A stretch of 64,000 nucleotides of DNA from Rebecca billardiae RCC1528 (GCA_965240325.2 OZ251224.1:2790001-2854000), one strand, 5' to 3'; shown: positions 24,601 through 35,988, counted from the first letter of the stretch. Notes: generated by a model not told the origin, from the letters alone. Made by a program: numbers and translations.

Positions 24601-26724
24601 CCACTCGCCTCGCCGTGCGGGAGCTGCCAGCCGCGGCCGCAGCGGCCGGCGCGCTGCGCGGCCGCGCGCACCGCGCCGCAACGCACACACGCACGCGCGG
24701 GCGCGCGCGGGCTCACACCAGCGGATGCCGTTGTCGTCTGTGACTGCGCATGTGAATATGTTGCCCGTACTCACGAAAAGCGTGGTCCGGCCGGTCCCGA
24801 GGTTGACCGGCTTGAGCGCGTCGCCCATCTCGCCTGCGTTGTCGCCACGGGCTGACGAGTCGCCGGAGCCGATCTGCCCCGAGGATGCATCCCCCCAGCT
24901 GCTCCAAGTCACCGAGCACCGGAGCGCCCCGCGGCCGCCCGCACGCATGGCGGCAAGGGCGGGAGCGTGCACGCGCGCGCGGCGCGTCCACGGAGCGCGC
25001 GCCGACCGGCCGGGTTTGCGAGAGGCGAGGGGGGGCGAGGGGGTGTCTGCGGTGAGCTGCACGGCGGGTGGATCGGCTCGGGCGGCGTGCTGGCCCGGGC
25101 CGGGGCCGCGTGGCGCGATGTGGCGAGGCAGTGCGCGCCGCACGCACCACTTGAGCACGCCGCCCGTTGCGACCGCACAGCCGTGCGTGGACCCGAGGCT
25201 GAGCGCGGTGGGTGCGAGCCCTGAGCCGAGCGTGAAGCTCGACACCGTCGACGGGTCGTTCTCAAGCGAGCCGGCGCCGTTGCCCAGCTCCCCGTTTGCG
25301 CCATCGCCCCAGCACTTGATGCCGCCGGCGGTCAGCCGTGCGCACGAGTGCAGCAGAGCAACTGCCACCTCATCCGCCGAGCCTGCCGGTAGCGCCGCGG
25401 GCAGGTTGTCACCCATCGTGTTGGACGAGTCGCCGTAGGTGTCCTCGTTGGCCGTGCCGAGCTGACCTCCGCCGTTCTCGCCCCAGCTGCGCGCGGGGCC
25501 AGGCGCGTGGGGCACGCGCGGCGCGAGCGCGTGAGGGCCGAGGCACGCACGCGCGGGCCAGCCGGCAACGCGCACACACAGGCCGCCAGCCGCCCTTGCC
25601 GGCCAAATCGTTGCCATGTGCATCCGTGCGACGGATGCGCGCGCCCGGATGCCGGAGGCGGTTCGTGCGACGTGCGACGTGCGCTGCCCAATGCACCGCC
25701 ACACCCACGCACTCGGCCCGAGGCGCCCGGCGCGCACGGCCCGCGCGACAGCCGCCGCGCACTGCGCCGCGCGCGCACGTACGCAACACGCTCGCTCGCG
25801 CGCCGCACGTACCACTTGACCGAGCCGTCTGAAAAGAGCACGCAGCCGTGCGTGCCCAGGTGCACGTCGATGGAGCTGACGGTCAGGCCGCTGCCGAAGG
25901 ACAGGTGGCTCCCGGGCGTCTGCAGGCTGTCCCCATTCTCGTACCCCAGCTGGCCTTTGTTGCCCCTGCCCCAGCACTGCACGCCGACCACGGATGAGAT
26001 CGTTGTGAGCGCGCACGTATGTGAGAGTCCGCAGCGCACGGTGTGCGGCGTGGCTGAGCCGCCGAGGCTCACCGCCGGCAGCGTGTTGCCCATCGCACGG
26101 CCGCTGCCATCTCCGGCGCTCGTGGTATCGCCCGTCCCGAGCTGCCCGTCGTCGTTCCGCCCCCAGCTGCGGCGGGCGGTGGGCGTCACGCCATGCAATC
26201 CCGCACGGGCGCGGGGCGCGTGTGAGGGCGTCGTTTGGGCAACATGCGCGCCGGCGTCGCGCGCGGCCGCTGGTGCACGACGCGCACCATCGGATCGTTG
26301 CGTCCGAGAGCACCGCGCACGAGTGTGAACCGCCTGCCGAGAGGTCGGTGATCGTGGTGCTGGTGGGCATCGTGAGGAACGGGAGGCTGTCGCCGAGCTC
26401 GTTGGGATTGTCGCCGATGGCGGCGGTGTTGTCGTAGCCCAGCTGGCCGTTGTCGTTGCGCCCAAAGCTGCTCGTCGCCGCGGGTGTCCCCGCGCGGCCG
26501 GCGCGTGAGCGCAGAGCGCGTGAGCGAGCGGGGCGAGCAGAGGCGCCGCGCGCGCGCGGCGGCGCGGCGCACCACTTCGCGAGGCCAGTGTCGTAGAGGA
26601 CGCAGGTGTGCTGCGTGCCACTCGATATGCGCGAGACGCCACCCGCGCTACCCACGCGCAGCAGCGGCCCCGGATGTGGCGCCGCCGTCGCGACGAGCGC
26701 GAGGAGGCCTACCCCAAGGGACAT
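3606..26724 (-). CDS. Giant polycystin-1/REJ-like surface receptor: signal peptide, 7 RCC1-like repeats, (SPPP)n stalk, IPT/TIG, REJ-like region, GPS, about 5 TM segments; ~7,358 aa
   Basis: Exons 26724-26573, 26467-26288, 26166-25813, 25486-25148, 24898-24719, 24477-3606 joined by five GT-AG introns; total 22,077 nt, in frame. N-terminus MSLGVGLLALVATAA. RCC1 motifs HxC...C[WF]GxNxxGQLG. IPT motifs VRPPLGPLDGGTVVTLEGRGF and VRVALNGQQF. REJ-like DASGSFDP, VNRPPHGG, GWTD..DLPLSYAF. GPS CRFLDEAARLWRSDGC...CACDHLTTF at ~8281-8405, followed by hydrophobic helices. Extra introns in the low-complexity 3' part cannot be excluded. Confidence 0.85.
4945..5528 (-). repeat. Four near-identical 147-bp (49-aa) tandem repeats in the predicted cytoplasmic region of the giant gene
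   Basis: Units start at 4945, 5092, 5239 and 5386; they encode GSTPEPDPSTAQALIPGARRGSCPGSRRGSLCGPTRTASQARLQPTPAE. Confidence 0.95.
13820..24360 (-). repeat. Coding minisatellite of 12-bp (SPPP) units, about 10.5 kb, with occasional SPPPP units and higher-order blocks
   Basis: Continuous open frame in the ORF track. Higher-order periods of 456 bp (14905/15361/15817) and 216 bp (16309/16525/16741) are visible. Confidence 0.97.
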
Positions 26725-26896
26725 CTGTTGGTGCGAGTACAACCTGGTAGTGCAAGCCGTACCCACGCGCGCGCATCACCTCGGCGAAGGAACTAGATAG
26801 ATAGGCAATCAAGGAACCGCGCCGCGGCAAGTGAAGACTGACCAGCAGGTGTTACCCGCAGCCTATTCGTGGTCGGTCAGCATGAGTAATACCGCA

Positions 26897-27175
26897 GAGT
26901 ATGCAAGGGGAATCTCAGCGGCTCGATGTAATTAAGGCAAGGCGATGTGGAATGTGAGTACTTTATGTAATATGTACTGTAACCAAGTGTGCACGTTAAA
27001 TCATAGTTAACTGTAAAGCGCCGATGAGTATGCAAGGAATCTCAGCGGGCCGAAGTGAGGCAAGTACTGTTTTGTGGCGGTCTCTTTGTGCAGTGTTGGA
27101 TGGCGTCAATCACGCCTTAACCAAGTGTGCACGTTAAAACATAGTAAACGGTAAGGCGTGATTAACGCCATCCAA
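26897..27175. repeat. Two degenerate ~130-bp direct repeats plus a 24-bp inverted repeat upstream of the giant gene
   Basis: GAGTATGCAAGG..AATCTCAGCGG and AACCAAGTGTGCACGTTAAA each occur twice. TTGGATGGCGTCAATCACGCCTTA (from 27096) pairs with TAAGGCGTGATTAACGCCATCCAA (to 27175) with 1 mismatch. Confidence 0.75.
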
Positions 27176-30100
27176 GGACCATCAAAATACCTATAGGAGA
27201 GAAACTCCGGGTTTATTCGTCGGGTTGACACAGTGGTTTTTGGTTAGCGTCGCTGTCGTCGTCGGAGCTGGTGGTCGACGAAACCCAGGGTGCCGATCAG
27301 AAGCGAGGTCGGAATGGCGAGGAGGCGGCCCTCTCCGCCACGACCCACGATCCGCGTGTCTTCAGCGGGCACATGGGCACCGCCGTGCTCTCGGACGGGG
27401 CTCGCTTGAAGGGGACACCCGACCGACACACCAGCACCCCTCTCGCGTGCCTTGCTTCACCTCCTCCGTGCCGTTAGTGGGAGCACGCGCCTTCCGGTTC
27501 CATGCTCCCATTTGGCGTGCACGGCGGCTCCGCGACTCGTGCGCAGCACTGCGCGGGCGACCAAACGTGGGTGAAGTGCCTTGGTACCGCGGGGTGTGGT
27601 GTGTTTGGCACGCCAAACGAACTTCACCCACGTTTTCTTGCGATTTCGACGCCACATACATGTTGCCTTGCGTTGTGCCTGGGCGCGCATCCGGGAAGTG
27701 GCGAGCACACCCTCAGGAGAGGTGAGGAGGGCATCGTGATGGCGTGTGCGGGCGCACAGCAACGTTCTGGAGCACGTGCGTGCACGTGCGAGCGCTGGTC
27801 GACGGACCGTGCCTACCTGTGGCACGCGCGCGCGCGCTCAGCGCTGCGGTGAGTCCACCGAGGTTGGCATACAGGCGGTTACAACGCCAGTTGGCGCCTG
27901 CTCGCGCTGAGGCTAGTGCCGGCACAGGTTCAGGCATGCATGCCAACAAGCCCGTCAGATGGCCTGCGCCGGCAACGTGGATGAGCCAGCAGCAGCGCGC
28001 GGCGCAACACGAGCAGCAGCCGCGCGCCCGGGCTCGCGCTGTGAGTGTGATCAGCTTGTGTGGCTGCCGGTGGCTGAGCTGGTCTCGCTAGAGGGCCTGC
28101 TGGTGAGTGATGACCGACTCTGTGACTGCGAGCACCAGGCTAGGACCGATTACTATTATTCAGGGGCGCCGCACGCCCGCCGCACTTTCACCATCACTGC
28201 CAAGTCAGACTCCGCCGCCGAGATTGTGCCGCAGCGGCCCCGCGGCTGACTACGCCGCTGCGCTGTCACGGCGGTGTCCCACTGCGCGGTCGAGCAGGGT
28301 GTGTGGCTGGCCGGCGACTCTGCTAATAGGCTATTGAGCCGGGGCCATCACACTGACGAGCAGCTACTTACTGATCGGTGGGCGGGTCGACCATGCATAC
28401 CGTGCTGTTTGACTCTTACAGCGCGCCCACCAGACTGCCCTTTGACCGCGCGCCAAACTCAGGAGGGGGCTGAACGGCGCAGCACTCGGCCTGTGCCGAC
28501 AGCGCATTACGTGCAGCACTGCCTGGGCGACCAAACGCGGTGGAGCGCGTTGGCGCAGCGGCGTAGGGTGTTCATGGCCTGCACAACGTGTTCCAACCGC
28601 GTCTGTGCGCGAACGCGCCCTTGCAAGTGCAGCGCCGCTCAAGCCATTTCACCACGCTGGTCGGGTGGGAAAGATTAGCGGCGCGTGAGCGCGCGCGTGT
28701 CACAGGTAGGCACGGTCCGTCGACCAGCGCTCGCACGTGCACGCACATGCTCCAGAACGTTGCTGTGCGCCCGCACACGCCATCACCATGTCCTCCTCAC
28801 CTCTCCTGAGGGTGTGCTCGCCACTTCCCGGATGCTCGCCCAGGCACAACGCAAGGCAACATGTATGTGGCGTCGAAATCGCAAGAAAACGTGGGTGAAG
28901 TTCGTTTGGCGTGCCAAACACACCACACCCCGCGGTACCAAGGCACTTCACCCACGTTTGGTCGCCCGCGCAGTGCTGCGCACGAGTCGCGGAGCCGCCG
29001 TGCACGCCAAATGGGAGCATGGAACCGGAAGGCGCGTGCTCCCACTAACGGCACGGAGGAGGTGAAGCAAGGCACGCGAGAGGGGTGCTGGTGTGTCGGT
29101 CGGGTGTCCCCTTCAAGCGAGCCCCGTCCGAGAGCACGGCGGTGCCCATGTGCCCGCTGAAGACACGCGGATCGTGGGTCGTGGCGGAGAGGGCCGCCTC
29201 GCCATAGTAAGGTTCGGGGGGCGCCCCGGACTGCAGTCTGAAAGCTGCCCCTTCAACTTTAGTGGGCACGCTGTGGCCGCATGGCGGCCGGCCGCCCGCC
29301 GCCCACGCGAACAAAAGTCCGTGCGCGGGCGTGATGGGCACGCGCGTGTCGATGGCGTAGGCCTGGCAGGTCCGTATGTGTCATGGCCGATCCCCAGGCG
29401 CGTTTTAGACCCCATCCCCGGCGCCTGAGGCACCACACATGCTGGCGATGACAGATGTCGTGTTCAGCACAGGTTGCTGTGCACGCGCCGGTACGGCGGG
29501 GTGGTGCACACGGAGAGAGGGCCTAGAAAGGGGTGGTGTGCGTTCTCACAGGTCTGGTCTCTACTGACGTCGCCCAGCGCGCGCGTCGTGTGTCCCAGTA
29601 GGCTTGGAAGCTGCTTAAACACCGCTTATTCCACTATACCACGAACACTCTTGCTTTTAAAACAAACATTACGCAACTGAGAGTTTTGTGTGTGGCAGGT
29701 GGCGATGGGGCAGAGCCATGGCATGAGCTCAATTCCAGGGCACAAGTAGCCGTCAAGTAGCCGGTGGAGCTGTCAGATTGCCCACGCAGGACACACAAGA
29801 CCTAATGGGCTCCCTCTCTGCGAACTCTTCAGCCTGAACGCCTCGCTGAGGGTACACGCCCAAGTGGTGCGTGTGTCAGAACAGTGAGCATGCTTTACCG
29901 TCAGCCAACAAGAAGCACTGAACAGGCCGCCCATCCTTATGACGCGCGCGCCGGGCGACGGCAGTGGAGACCAGACCTGTGAGAACGCACGCCACCCCTT
30001 TCTAGGCCCTCTCTCCGTGTGCACCACCCCGCCGTACCGGCGCGTGCACAGCAACCTGTGCTGAACACGACATCTGTCATCGCCAGCATGTGTGGTGCCT

Positions 30101-30414
30101 CAGGCGCCGGGGATGGGGTCTAAAACGCGCCTGGGGATCGGTCATGACACATACGGACCTGTCAGGCCTACGCCATCGACACGTGCGTGCCCATCACGCC
30201 AGCGCACGGACTTTTGTTCGCGTGGGCGGCGGGCGGCCGGCCGCCATGCGGCCACAGCGTGCCCACTAAAGTTGAAGGGGCAGCTCCCGGACTCGGCCCC
30301 CGAACCTTACTATTCCGACCTCGCTTCTGCTCGGCACCCTGCCGCTGGGTTTCGTCGACCACCAGCTCCGACTGACGAAACCAACGAGTTTCTCTCCTAG
30401 GTATTTGATGGTCC
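27176..30414. mobile_element. Outer foldback (long-TIR, non-coding) element whose left arm is interrupted by a second element
   Basis: Left arm = 27176-27315 + 29206-29587; right arm = 29941-30414 in inverted orientation (ends GGACCATCAAA.. / ..TTTGATGGTCC); ~350-bp centre. No obvious target duplication (flanks CCAA | TTTGG). Confidence 0.75.
27316..29203. mobile_element. Inner foldback element with ~520-bp TIRs, inserted at an AT dinucleotide
   Basis: 27316-~27840 is the reverse complement of ~28680-29203. Both ends are bordered by AT (27314-15, 29204-05). The empty site GGTCGGA-AT-AGTAAGG survives in the other arm of the outer element (~30305-30320). Confidence 0.82.
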
Positions 30415-31100
30415 TTTGGGGGAACTGCCCAAGCGCCCGGCTGGGGAGGGGAGGACGAGCTCAACCAGAACTACCAGGCCCAGCAGAGACACGACCATCC
30501 CCCACAAGTACCGGAACCAGTCCCCGACGGCGAGTCCAACTACTAAATAACTGGCGGCCACTCAACTAATCCACCAGCTGCTGACCAAGTCCAAGATAAC
30601 AGGCTTGAGGCTACACCATCGTCCGCCATGACCAGCCACTGACCAAGTACGGGCGACGACATCATCCACCAGCTGCTGACCAAGTATGAAGTAGGGGGCG
30701 GCCTTGCCGACGGCGACGGCGACGCCATTTATTGTCGCCAACATGCGACTCACTCAGCCTTTGATTTGGACTTTGGTACCCATGAATAGAGAGGCGGGCG
30801 CGCCTCACTCTCCAAGACCCTATTCTGCAGCTGCGCGCCGCTTGGCCGGCGCGCGGCGACGCGCACTAAGCTACGACCTCATCCTCATCCAGGCGGCCCA
30901 CGCGGGCGCACGGGGGCGACAGCAGCGGCTGCCGCTTGCCGGAGCTGCTCCGGCCGCTAGGTCGGCGGGCGGCGACATCGACTACGACCTCACCCTCTAT
31001 CCAATTGCTCCGGCAAGATGCTACTGTGAGAATGGGCGGGACGAGCAGCATCCCGGCGTACCGTCATGCGCGAAGTCGCCGATGGCGGGAATGATGCTGA

Positions 31101-31860
31101 TCATGCTCGAGCATCAAACGCTTCCTTCTCCGACGTCCCTCTATTGCTCAGCGATGACGACGTCGACGACGAGGCCACTGATGATGATGTCGTTAGATGC
31201 GTGAGGTAGGAAACCACCGTCAACCAAGCAAGGGAGACGGAGGCGGCGAAGCCGATCCTGAGCGGAGGCGGCACGACGGTGAACATGAGCATATTGGCAG
31301 GTACCCATATCGAGTAGTACTTGCCGCACATGTCGACAGCCTCCGTGGAGTAGCGCTGGAGACCGGCCATGGCGCCGTCGCCATCGTAAAATGTGTGCTT
31401 GTACGCGTAGTACACGGGAAACACGACAAACGGCACGTGAACGACCGAGTCAAAGGCCACTTTCCGCAGAGCGTTAGCAACCGTCGCCGCGCTGCCGAAA
31501 AGGTGCGTGTAGAGCACATTGTACACCCCGTGCTGAACGAGCCCGCAGTACCAGCCACCATCTGCCACCGCGGGCGACGCACCATCAGGGTGATCTCGCG
31601 TCAGTTTGAGGAGTGCAGTGAGTTCCGCGCGTGTGCGAAGCGGGACGAGGGTAGGGTGCATGCCGGACGCGCGTACATGCGCTGAACACAAGATTGCGGC
31701 GCACGTCGAAGGTGCTACCCTCAGGGTGCTTCCCCTTCTCCACGATGAGCTGGCTCGCAGCGTCTGCGACACACCCCTTCACCCAGCACGTGCCAAAGGC
31801 CACGCTCCACGGGTGTCGTGCCGACCAGCGCTTGTACGCGCCGAGCGCCATCGACGCCAT
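31101..31860 (-). CDS. Mpv17/PMP22 family membrane protein (~214 aa, one intron 31676-31562)
   Basis: HP..VAF...KGCVADAASQ and DVRRNLVF|YGGWY after splicing; KVAFD..VHVPF; IWVPANMLMFTVVPPPLRI..VSLAWL..VSY. A GT..AG intron restores the frame. Confidence 0.88.
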
Positions 31861-31966
31861 GCCGCGGTCGTGAACAGTCGTGACCCCTCACAGGACAGGT
31901 GGGGGGCCGGACGCCTGCCGTTCAGAAGTAAAAACGACAACCTCTCCGCCCTCCGGTCGCGTCATC

Positions 31967-32944
31967 ATGCTGCACGGGCTCTTGCAGCGGCTCCATGCGG
32001 GCACGACGATGTTCATCTCGGGCTCGTCGGCCGGGGAGCTGCAGAACGAGCCGTGCGCCGTCGAGCGCTTCGACCGAGAAACGTCCAGGTGGATCGTCGT
32101 GCTGAGGCGCCCGGCGCATGGCGGCAAGAAGCTGGGCGTCCCGGAGGACGCGCTCTCGTTCGGCTTTGCGATCCTGCCGCAGAATGTGACGGCGTCTTCG
32201 GCGCGCGCGCGCATGGTCGCGTCCCAGGGTGGCTGTGGGCGTGGCCTGGTTGCAACCGCTGCAACCAAGCGCGGCACCGAGCTCTACACTGAGGAGCCCA
32301 TGTTTGTCTCGCCGACCGGTGTGGCGCAGATGTGGAGCGTGCGTTGGCGCGCGTACCTGACCATGCAGATGGGCGCTCAGTCCAACCCGATGATGGGCGT
32401 GGCGGCGCACGCCTTCGACGAGCTCACCGAAGGCGACGACTCAGACGAAGGCAAGGCGAAGGTGCGCGCCGCAGCCGAGCGCATCTTTGACGAGGCCATC
32501 GCCGCCAACCCAGCGGCGGGAGCGGACCCAGCTGTGCGCGAGGAGCAGGTTGGCCGCGTGTTCTCCGTGCTGATGCGGTGGCAGTCCAACCAGTTCCGCT
32601 TCCCCAACGGCACGGGCCCTGACGGGGCGGCGGCCGCTATCTATCGGTACACCGCCTCGATGAACCACGCGTGCGCGCCCACCGTCGTGCTCGAGCCGCA
32701 GTGGTCCGCGCAGCAGCCAGGGGAGGCCGTCGTGGGCGACGGTCGGATCATCGCGAGGGCGCTTGCAGACCTCCAGCCGGGCGATCCGCTCACGATCAAC
32801 TACGGGCCCAGGGACCTCGTGGGCTGGCCCCTCGACAAGCGCCGCGAGTACCTGCGCGCCAAGCACGGGTTCGTGTGCGGTTGCCCCCGGTGCGAAGCCG
32901 AGTCGCAATACGCCGAGCAGCAGCAGCAGCAGCAGGCGGCCTGA
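31967..32944 (+). CDS. SET-domain (SMYD-like) lysine methyltransferase
   Basis: GRGLVAT..E.P, ASMNHACAPT, ALADLQPGDPLTINYG, RR..L...HGFVCGCPRC post-SET. Start codon tentative. Confidence 0.85.
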   Translation: MLHGLLQRLHAGTTMFISGSSAGELQNEPCAVERFDRETSRWIVVLRRPAHGGKKLGVPEDALSFGFAILPQNVTASSARARMVASQGGCGRGLVATAATKRGTELYTEEPMFVSPTGVAQMWSVRWRAYLTMQMGAQSNPMMGVAAHAFDELTEGDDSDEGKAKVRAAAERIFDEAIAANPAAGADPAVREEQVGRVFSVLMRWQSNQFRFPNGTGPDGAAAAIYRYTASMNHACAPTVVLEPQWSAQQPGEAVVGDGRIIARALADLQPGDPLTINYGPRDLVGWPLDKRREYLRAKHGFVCGCPRCEAESQYAEQQQQQQAA

Positions 32945-33051
32945 CACGCACACTGACTGACAGTGACAGCGTGACTAAGACTAAGTCTAATTCATGCACT
33001 CGGTCCGCGAGTGTCTGACTGTCACACTCATCAGCATATATCAATAATAAT

Positions 33052-35215
33052 GACCGCGTTCCGCGGTCCTTCCGTAGAACCAACGCAGTTAGGGGCCCGC
33101 GGTGCACCCTCCGTCGGCTGCTGTCTCAGTCGGACATGTGTAACAGTTCGTTTGCCTCGGAGCTGCCACCGCCACAACTCAGTTACCGCCCACCGGGCCG
33201 GCGGGCCGAGGACTGTCGCCGGCGGGCCGCCGCGCGGGGAAGCGGCCGCCGCGGGGCGGCGCGCGCGCGCAGGCAGGGCGATAGGCGCCGCGCGGCGCGG
33301 GCCAGCGCGTGCGCGCGTGCGGGCGCACAGTCTGCTTGACGTGCTCGCGCGGCGCCATGCGCTCGACGACGGGCCGCTGGTCGCTCACTCAGCCGGCGCA
33401 CCTCGTGCCGGCAGACGGAGCGAGAGCGCGCGCCGCGCAGTGCTGCCCCGGCCTGCGCTGCCGGCAGCCGCGCACCGAGACCGAGCGGAGCTCGGGGTGG
33501 AACGAGGCGAGCGGCGCGTCGCGCCTGCCGCCGCGCGTGCGCGCCTGCTCCACCGCGCCGCCGTGCTCGCCCGCCGCCTCCTCCGCCGCGTCGGCCTCGA
33601 AGACGGCTGCGGCGGCCCGAGCCAGCGGCACGGGCTGAGCCCGTGCGCGCTGGCGCCCGGCGCCGATCGCCTCGACGGCCGTCTACTCCACAGCTGGCTG
33701 CTCGAGCTGCTGCACGGGGCGTCGCGACGAGGGCGCCACGCGCGCCCAGCGCGTCCGTCTCCGCGTCGCGCAGCGCGTCGAGCTCGGCGCCGCGCTTCGC
33801 CAGCTCGGCGCCCAGCGCCTCCGCACTCGCAGTTGGCATGCGCGAGCGTGCTCAAGCTGCTCGCGTGTGCCGCGTGTGCACTGGGCGCGGTGGCGGGTGC
33901 GCTGTGCGCCGCCGACACGTCCGCAGCGCGCGCCGCGCTCGGCGCCGCGCTCGGCGCGCTGCACGCCGCGGGCGCGGGCGGGCGCGCGGCGGCGTGGGCA
34001 CGAGGGCTGTCCGTGCTGTGCGCGGAGCTCGGCGCCGCCGGCGCGGGCGCGTGCCACGCGGCGCTGCTCGAGCTGCCGGCGGGTGCGCAGCTGCGCGCGC
34101 TCGGCGGGCTGCTCGGCACCGCGCTGAGCGCCGCGCGCCCGCCCGCCGGCGCCACGCCGGCCGGCGCGCTCTGGCGCCGTCGCGCTGTTCCGCGAGCACC
34201 TGCGCGGCGCCGCGCTGGCGGAGGCGCTGGCGCACGGCGGCGGCGCGGACGACGAGGAGGATGAGGAGACGATGAAGATGAGCAGGGCGAGGGCGGCGGA
34301 CCGTGGGCCGGCACGCCACACGTCTACCGATGATGCTCGGGCGCCGAACGAAGGCCAGCGCCAGAACGCATATGCCTGCGGGTTGAAGGCCAAAGCTCCT
34401 TTCGCCCGCTCGAAAGTGAAGGTTGTCTCGTTTGCTGTGTGCTGATTGGTGGTCGTCTTTCTATGGGTCGTAACCAAGCCGCTGCGTTTTTGTCAATAGC
34501 AAAGTTGGCATGGGCGAAGAGCAAACATCATAGTAAATGCGTGAGTGATTCTCGGTTTTCGAGTCTCTCCGCTCGCTGCGCGCTGATTGGTCGTTGTGCA
34601 GCTAACCCAAGGTTTTTAGTACACAGGTTGGTAGGAGTTGTGTTGTGTCGATATGGAATTGTGGACATAGAATGCTGAGCGTTTGACCAATCAACGTCTC
34701 GGGAAAAAGGACGAAACATGACTCACACGTGTGAGTACTCCCGATCTCCGGGAGATATGGCCATTTCCGCCCACTGGGGTCATTCAGGTGTAAAGTTGAG
34801 TAATTTGGCACCGCGCAATAAAGGTTCGTCGTTAGTAAAGTTGAGTACTTGACGAAGACTTTTTGCCAGGAGCCCAGGACCTCCAGCGCACGCGCTGGGT
34901 CCTCGTCCTATTTGGCAATATGCTATGAAGATTTACAACAAATCGCAGATTCGTTCACCCAGATATACTGACAAATGCACGTCCGTCCATCGACATATGC
35001 GAAATGGCCCGGGCGCGGCTATTTCGTCAATCGCGTCTTGCTAATGCAGAGCAATGGGCGAATGTACCCCTCGAAAAAGCGAAAACTCACCCTCCAACAG
35101 CCCTCAAAATCGTCCCCCGTCCCCTTTTCTTTGATCAAAAGATCTGCTTTTTGACAACGTAGTGAGGGCCCCCGGCGGGGCTCCACGCTACGCGCTCCGC
35201 CCTGCACCGCGGGCC
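33052..35215 (-). mobile_element. Family A copy 1: ~2.2-kb non-autonomous element with asymmetric IR and terminal hairpin (Helentron/Helitron2-like)
   Basis: Terminal GGCCCGCGGTGCA (35215-35203) has an exact inverted copy at 33094-33106. Hairpin GACCGCG-TTC-CGCGGTC at 33052-33068. AT on both flanks. Both ends are homologous to copies 2 and 3. Confidence 0.75.
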
Positions 35216-35233
35216 ATAATTTTAACACGCGAC

Positions 35234-35988
35234 TCAAAGTTCATCAGCAGCAGCATGATGACGAGGACTATGCTTTGCTCCCACCGGGATCTTATCGCCT
35301 GTGCGCAGCAAAGGGGAGATGCACGCGCCCGTGTTGTTGGGGGCGCATGCACTGGCGATGAGCTCGGCGTGCTGCGCGCGTCGGGCCTGAGTCCCAATGG
35401 TGCTCGGGCAAGTGCGACGCTGCACATCTAGTGACATCAACATACCGTGAATTTTCACCAGCTCGAGGCGGAATACCAGGGCATCGCCAGGGCCGATGGG
35501 GGGTAGATAGCGTCCTTTCTCTCCGTAGCCGAGCTCCGATGGGACGAAGAGTTCCCACTGATCTCCCTCAACCATGAGCTGCAGTGCCTCGCCCCAGCCT
35601 GCGCATCAGCGAGTGAGTTGCGCACCGCATGGTTAGGAGCGGGCGCGCGCACGCGCACGGGAAAGGTGCGGTCGCACGCACCCTTGATCACGCGGCTAGG
35701 GTTGAAGAGCATCGGAATCAGCTTCCCTTCCGAGCCATCGAACGTCATGCCATCCGGGAATTTTTGCGCGATCCAGCCTTTGTACGAGCACTCGCATGGT
35801 GAATCTTCCGTCGGTTGGAAATTCCCTTCACCTTTGCGAAGCACTCGGTACTGGAGGCCTGATGGTAGCACGACCACACCCTCCTTCTTCGCATTCTCCT
35901 CCAGGAGCTTCGTGCCCACCTCATTCGTCGCGAGAGTCGTTGCAAGGAGGAGAGCCGCGGCCACGCCGAAACGCCCGACGACCGCCAT
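35234..35988 (-). CDS. FKBP-type peptidyl-prolyl isomerase, signal peptide and C-terminal ADEL (probably ER lumen), ~174 aa
   Basis: Exons 35988-35682, 35598-35446, 35298-35234 (GT-AG). Motifs LPSGLQY, YKG, FD.S, VIKGW.EALQLM.EG..WELFVPSELGYG, LVF.LEL. The second intron (147 nt) is in frame without stops, so it is less certain. Confidence 0.9.

Noticed and set aside
12094-25438. Huge plus-strand ORFs (4253-aa Gly-rich; 1282-, 1081- and 789-aa Ala/Gly/Val-rich)
   Set aside because: Antisense or shifted shadows of the SPPP repeat; the minus frame carries all recognisable domains.
24439-26766. Separate 775-aa and 436-aa ORFs, and the ORF-track start at 24716
   Set aside because: Pieces of the RCC1 exons read through introns; splicing at five equivalent GT-AG sites joins them to the giant exon.
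30420-31100. Coding-like fragments with short internal repeats
   Set aside because: Multiple stops and no recognisable family; cannot support a gene call.
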